From the NCBI GenBank assembly GCA_964016885.1, contig OZ024742.1, forward strand, positions 154,938,001 to 155,002,000: DNA of 64,000 nt. Reading direction: 5' to 3'. How positions within the stretch are numbered: the stretch's first letter is position 1; every line of letters begins with the position of its first letter. Source of the stretch: Eledone cirrhosa. Lineage: Eukaryota. The notes beneath the pieces were generated by a model. It did not search any database, was not told where the DNA came from, and was given only the letters and a program-made list of their open reading frames with translations. Below are positions 56,604 through 64,000 of this stretch, piece by piece. Both the position numbers and the translations under genes were made by a program.

Positions 56604-58774
56604 TATATATATATATATATATATATACGTGTCTCTGTAAACGATGAAGCAACTTACTCGTTCTTCTGTACAGTTAGATGTTATGAATAGGTATAACCTT
56701 TTATATTTTGTTATTGCTGGCTGCATGGGATTGTATCTACATTGGTACAGGAGCATTGAACCAATCGAAAATTTATATGTAATTCTTTTGAAGTTATAGT
56801 ATGTGGAATTGAATAAAATCCGTTGGGGATATATACTATTTCTGAAAGGATTAAGTTCATTCGCTTATAACCGAGAAAATTAAACCAAGAATAGTTGTCA
56901 GTTGTTAAATTTAGTCGAAGATGTATACTATCTATGGAGGTTTATAAATTAAACCGTTACTTACATTGGTTCATTGACATTCTTCCCACAACTAGAATTT
57001 TTTTCTTTTCCTTGATTCTAGCGATTTGCAATATGGTTTGTAATAAATTCTTCTTAATTTCCTAACCATCTCATATTACTGTTTCAATTTTTATCCTGCG
57101 GGTGGTAGGGGGACTTGCAATTGTGGTTCAATCGAAGGTAGAATATGGGCGGAAGGATTCAATTAGGGTAAAACTGAATAGCAATCTAAGATAAGTGGAG
57201 CAGTTAATGAAAACTGGATTAAATTTATCGAATTATCCTGTCCTGCGAGGGAATTATCAAATCAATCAATTCTATCGAAGAAATGAGTAGAGCGGAAATT
57301 ACTTCATATTACAATATATCGGAATGGTCGAAATATTAATTCATTTTGTATATGCTTCTGCGTCAGTGTGTTTATGTCACTGTTCATTTGTTGTATAGAA
57401 GTATGTGTTTGTGTGTGTGTTTTTCTGTGTGGATGTGTGGGTGTGTTGGTGTACGTATGTGCTTCAATACTTGTGTGCGAATGTATTCGTTTTTGTACAT
57501 TTCTACACAGCCTTACAAACATAAACACACATATTTCACATAGGCATTCAGCCAAACTAACACACACACGCACATATATTGATATATGAAGGCATGGTTT
57601 ACTTGCATATTTGTTGCTTTCGAATATTAACAAAAGCACTCATATGCCATACGGGGAAATTTCAAAGCTTATTTTCTGTATCGCTCTTTTCAAATATATG
57701 CACGCATGCACACACACGCACACATACACATTCACTCACATACACACGCATTTACACACACACGCCAAACATGCACGCACGCACATTCTCTCTCTCCTTT
57801 TCTCTCGCACAAACATACATGTATGCTGATACAGCTGCAAAAATACGTTCATGTTTTTCCATGGTGCTAGATCATAACTCAATGGAGAAGACGTATTACT
57901 ATCAAATTCAAATCAATATATCAGTCACATTTATTTAATCAATGCAATATCGAGATTAGAACTCATAACCTAAAGGTACACAAAAATACACCATATAGCA
58001 TGGAGGTCGTTATTGTTTTAATTTAAACTGTTCAACACATTTGACTTTAATTTCTAACACAGGAAAAATGGTCGACATTTGCTTCTGCATATCGTCCCCT
58101 GCATTTCTCAGGAAGTTCATTTTATCAACTGATGAAAGATAATATGGGCTATGGAAGATTTGTATCTCATCTATAAAATCATCTAGATTCTTCTCACCGT
58201 GTGTTTATCAGAATAGTTCTATATATTTGTTTAAAATATTCAAGTATCCAACTATTCCCCGTAATATTCTGTTTTCAGATGTCCTTACGTTTCGTTTTTG
58301 GACTTATCATTCTGGAATCGATAACATACATGATGTTGCAAACACAGATTTTGATGGGCTTAAATACTTTGTTTCGGATATAATTTTTCAGTCACATACA
58401 CACGCATTTACACACACTCCCACGGCCAGCCAGATTATTAAATTTAGGTTAGAGATTTCCAAGTACCATATATTTATCTTTTTTAGAATCACATCTTCAT
58501 ATTATTATGGTTGTACTATTGTTGGTGTGAATTATTATGTTGTGTAGCTACATGGATACTCCAACCTGTGCCATGAACAAATGGTATAGGAAAATTGGTG
58601 GTACCGTTGCAGTTAATAAACATTGTGTTTAAATAGACAACATGTGATATATTTTTAACAGTTTCATTGAATTCACTCTTGTATCATGACATAGCCAAGG
58701 TCATCCATTTGATCGATTAAACGTTGTGGATTGGTTTTGTGAGATGCACATTTTATTGATCACGAGAAGAAAGT

Positions 58775-58971
58775 AATAATGATTTTTTATATAGGCACAA
58801 TGCTAGTAATTCTTTGGGGGGAGGGGAAAGTCGATTAAATTGACCCCAGTACGTTACTGGTGCTTTATTTTATCGACCCCGTAAGGATGGATGGCAAAGT
58901 TAACCTCGGCGTAACTCTATGGTGCAAAGCATGACGTCCGACCCTCCGACGATACTGCCAATCCACCGCCC
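58775..58971 (-). mobile_element. Long-variant Deu/Nin-like SINE
   Basis: Consensus match with a deletion over the B box. Confidence 0.8.
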
Positions 58972-59068
58972 TTGAAAAAAGAGGATAAAGTAATAATGAA
59001 ATAAATTTCAAGATACGATTTGAATGTAGCATGTAAATTAAAGGAAAGATTTATAATCTCTCTGTAGC

Positions 59069-59152
<84 letters not shown>

Positions 59153-59234
59153 CGTGTGTGTGTGCGTGTGTGTGTGCTTTTGTGTGTAGGCTAGACAAAG
59201 CCCCCCAGACATTTAGTGCACATAAGTTAATTTG

Positions 59235-59820
<586 letters not shown>

Positions 59821-62627
59821 CAAAGTGTTAAAACAATCAAATTTTAGTTTAGAACATTTATTTGCTGATAATTGCTTCTTCCAGAGGGAAGTCTTGTATC
59901 ATCGGAGAATAAGGAATATCGAAACCAGTAACTAAAATCCTAGTCATTTAGAAAAGTTAAGGTACATAAATGGTATTAGTGTCAAAGGCATCATGTGGAG
60001 AGTCAGGAGTTAAAAAGATGTTCTGCTTGAAAGAACACAATTACAGGCACCACTGGTTGGAAGTGTAATAGTTATAAGTAAAAAGCACAAGCAAAAAAGA
60101 TCACAAGCAAAAAAAAAACATAGGCATAAAAGTTATAAGCAAGGAAAATTTGTGTACAATGCATTGCAGGAGACTTCTCAGGATTTTGTACAATATTGTC
60201 ATAATATTTTAACTACATATAGCAGTTATAGAATATAACCTGTGGTTAGGCACTTTATCAGTACCTGGGGATTTCCATTTGTTGGCTTTCTTTAGTTCTT
60301 CCATAGTTTTGTCTTGCTAAATTATTGTATGATGATTCCATGTTCTTTATCTTTTCGACCTTCATTTTATGATATTTTCCGTACTCCATACCTTTTCCCA
60401 TAATTCTTCAATCTCCAATAATTCTTATTATATTGTTTTTAAAATAAACAACGATTTTCAAAAAAAATAATGTTAGTTAACATACGTATGGACATTACGA
60501 AAATATATAAATGCGAATGTGGACGTGGTGTATGTGTATGTGTATGCGAAAGTGTGCGTGTTGCATTCTCAATTATTGCAAAATTCAGGTGCTACATCTA
60601 ACATGACGATCTAGTACGCATATTATACAATTAATAAAAGATTTGAAGTAAATAAAAAAAAAACAAAAAAAAAACAAACGCGTTGCCAGCAATATATATT
60701 CAGGAATTCGTCACGTAATAGCCTCTGAAATTAGTGTCAAGTAAACCAACATAATAAACACAAATAAATAAATAGCAACAACAAATTAATAACAGCAACA
60801 CGAGCAATAACAAAATACATCATTAAACATAATATTGAAAAACAACAATTAATGAGGCAGTCAGATTTAATGATACGACCTAATTACAGCTCTTGTTTTA
60901 ATTAGTACTGAATAGTGTTAATTTATCACTTAATTTTCACCAATTTTCAACGATCAGTACTAAACATCAATTATTTAAAAAAATGTTCGCAGAAAACGAA
61001 ATACAGATCCAACAAAAATACGTTCGCTTCGAAATATTTTTAAACTGACAAATATTTTCGGTAATGCTCTAAAACAACTTTACTTTTTGTGTGATAACAA
61101 AACATACATATTCCTTTGAAATTCGTATTTTCTCATTATTTTCAAATTACATGTCTAACGTAAGAGCTAACTAAAGGGGTCATCCATATTCAAACTCTTT
61201 TACAGAAGATCTTCTGATATATCGCTTTGAATCTTCCCAAATCAATCCATTTACAGTAAAACAAATAAGTGTGAGAGAACCTGCCAATAATCAGATAACG
61301 ATACAAAATGATTAGTTAATTCTAGAAGTATTTTCTGTCTGAAGTTTAAAACTTTACATTGTTTTTGCTGGTAGTGGAAATCTTCGACTTGCAATTTTAT
61401 GGTTCCAGTGATCTCATTCTATGCAGGACAGAGATTTAGATATTTCCCTTCTGGATGTATTCGTTCAATCCCCATGCATGAACAATGAACATATTATCTG
61501 TGGCAATAATCTCCCTAAAGAAAAAATTGTTGCGTTTTAGACTTAGGTAATCCCAGCTCAGGCTCACTTGTTATCAAATATGTAATAGATATGAAAATTC
61601 CATTTTCCGTTTCATTTAGACAGTGGAATTACGTGTACATGTATATATTCTTTGTAAAAATAAAAAAAAATAGTGAATGATGTGAAGCCGTATTTGCTAG
61701 CTTACTCACAAAAAAGATGTAATAATTATGTATGAGAATTTCACCAAATCACCTGCAAGGAAATTCAATTTGTAGGTTTAAATTAGAGGAAGGTATCTCT
61801 ATTCTGGCATGTGATAATCTGTTGTAATACAAGATGAAATATTAGCGATATGCCTAAATAAAGAAAATTATTATTTGTTCTTTATGTATTTCTAATTAGT
61901 TCTTTTCTTAAATGTGTTTCACACATTACATCAATATATATACTAACATTGAAGCAAATATAAAATCGCAAGAAAAGAGGAATGTTTTTTATATATTAAA
62001 TATGTGGCATATTTTTCTTTCATAACTGACTCTAATATATTTTTCCCTAAGGAACACCATCTAATTTATATTTCCCTAAGGAACACCATTCTTTGACAAG
62101 CACTGAATATAATCAGCTCTCAACATTTCCTCTCGGAACATTATAACATTTGGTGTCTATAATTATTTTACCAGTTTTCGAATGATCTAAAGGGATGTGT
62201 TGATTATTTAATGATAAGCTGAACCACTTTATGTAGTAGAATTACAGCAGGGTGCAAGAAAAATATTATCCTTTGGAAAGATTTAGAGAGTTGTATTCGG
62301 TGTAATAAATGTTCTTTTCTAGTTATAACATTGGATGTGTGTATACCAGGTTTGATTGTCTTTATTCTCTCTCGTTCACGATTTCACCGAACTTATATTC
62401 ATGGAAATTTGGGACTTGACTCGTTCTTCCTCACTTTTCGTTGCTTCACCATCTTTGTTTATTTACACACACGCCGTCCCCTTTATTTACGTGTCCCAAC
62501 GACTTTTTTTAGCCGTTGCTCGAACCAACCGGAGGTATATGGTCATTAAAGCGAAGAAATACCTGTCATGGTTGGAAGATCACTGATGAAGGACCACTTT
62601 ATTCATATATATATATATATATATATA

Positions 62628-62987
62628 GTTTTGCGAGGTTTTTTATATGAAATCGTGTGTCGAAACAAATACTGTTATACTTGGGGAGGGTCAGACTAAA
62701 TAAAAATGGCGTAGACATACAATGTAACGGGAGGAAACAATAGCACCACTGACGATGTTGCAGTTGTGCAACGAAAGATCTTTGATGAACTATATATATG
62801 TGTTTGTGTCTATATTGTATGTGTATTATTTTTGACCGTCGGTCAGTCAATGGCAACATTGAGGACCGAATAAATTAGATTGCCGATATAAAAGACACAG
62901 AAGCGAAAAGCGAAAACCAACCAAACAGTGAGTGTGTTCTGTTATTAATTCTGGCAATATTACACAAATATGACCCTCCTCAAGTAT

Positions 62988-62995
<8 letters not shown>
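62628..62995. mobile_element. Longer family C copy set in (TA)n
   Basis: Same ends as 19529-19727. Confidence 0.7.
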
Positions 62996-63043
<48 letters not shown>

Positions 63044-63052
<9 letters not shown>

Positions 63053-63593
63053 TAAACAAATAATGAATAAAACAATGAAACAGTTCCTTATATTAAACAA
63101 AAAAAGTTCATTATTTAACGATCGTTTCTAGGATATATATGTGTTAGAATTGGCATGCATATTCAACAGATCTATGTACAAAATTATACAAAATTATACA
63201 AACTATCAAGATTAAATATACATACCAACACATATATACGCCGTCTTCAGAAATAATGAAGACGGCGTATATATGTGTTGGTATGTATATTTAATCTTGA
63301 TAGTTTGTATAATTTTGTATAATTTTGTACATAGATCTGTTGAATATGCATACCAATTCTAACACATATATATCCTAGAAACGATCGTTAAATAATGAAC
63401 TTTTTTTGTTTAATATAAGGAACTGTTTCATTGTTTTATTCATTATTTGTTTAATATTTTATCTTGACTCTGTATACCGTTTATCTTTCACCGAAAGTGA
63501 TTTTTCATTACATCTCTTCTTTCCATGATATCCGGAATACATTGAGTTCTTCATACGGATTGGACACTACCGTAAACTCTTGGTAGATTTATC

Positions 63594-63597
<4 letters not shown>
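63044..63597. mobile_element. Fold-back element (family G) with 206-bp arms, set in (TA)n
   Basis: 63044-63249 is the reverse complement of 63257-63462 with about 1 mismatch. The sense arm runs on about 135 bp to a TA tract. Confidence 0.88.
63107..63260 (-). ncRNA. Type I hammerhead with long stem II
   Basis: Reverse strand: TTCATTATTT-CTGAAGA-...TATATATGTGTT..AACACATATATA..-GAAA-CGATC-GTT^-AAATAATGAA. 10-bp stem I; the base of stem II is imperfect. Confidence 0.75.
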
Positions 63598-63647
<50 letters not shown>

Positions 63648-63719
63648 CTTTTTTTTTTTAATATATATATATATATAAAATATATTAACAAATGGAAACT
63701 ATATTTATAAAACAATATT

Positions 63720-63785
63720 TATTTCATTATATATATTTCAAGAGCCACCAAGGCAAACTATGGTGCGCTTTCATGAGATAAAATA
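63720..63785 (-). ncRNA. Family F hammerhead with G5>C in the core
   Basis: Reverse strand: TATTTTAT-CTCATGA-AAGCGCACCA..TGGTGGCTCTT-GAAA-TATAT-ATA^-ATGAAATA. Confidence 0.65.
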
Positions 63786-64000
63786 TAATATAGGTTAGTT
63801 TTATGAAGAAATTTGACACACCCTGAAAAAATGCAACCATTCTGGTTGGAATCAGTTATAAATATATTTTGCTTGTTGTATCCCAACAAATTAAATATAA
63901 CCTCTACATATATATATATATGTATATAGGTGTCCCCTCTTCAATTAAGAAATGTGCTAGCTTATTGTCTCTTCTTCAAATATTAGCACAGAAAAATCAG

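Overview
AT-rich, microsatellite-dense eukaryotic DNA. The SINE families resemble those I recall from Octopus (inference). Coding content is limited to one intronless RING-H2 ORF (3432-3917, minus strand) and transposon remnants: a Tx1/L1-clade RT fragment, RTE fragments, a Penelope-like GIY-YIG endonuclease remnant and a non-autonomous Helitron. There are also about 16 copies of a tRNA-derived Deu/Nin-domain SINE. The main signal is a set of more than 10 short elements lying in or next to (TA)n tracts as fold-back inverted repeats. They belong to several unrelated sequence families, and most carry a type I hammerhead ribozyme (HHR) motif (CUGANGA...GAAA, usually a short palindromic stem III, NUH). 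One such element brackets the GIY-YIG remnant, which links the set to Penelope-like elements (PLEs). One ORF-less family occurs as a circularly permuted 0.4-0.5 kb monomer, and two copies stop at the predicted ribozyme cleavage site. This points to a retrozyme-like system that uses self-cleaved RNA, targets TA tracts and generates hairpins. All structures were read by eye; coordinates are approximate and ribozyme activity is untested.
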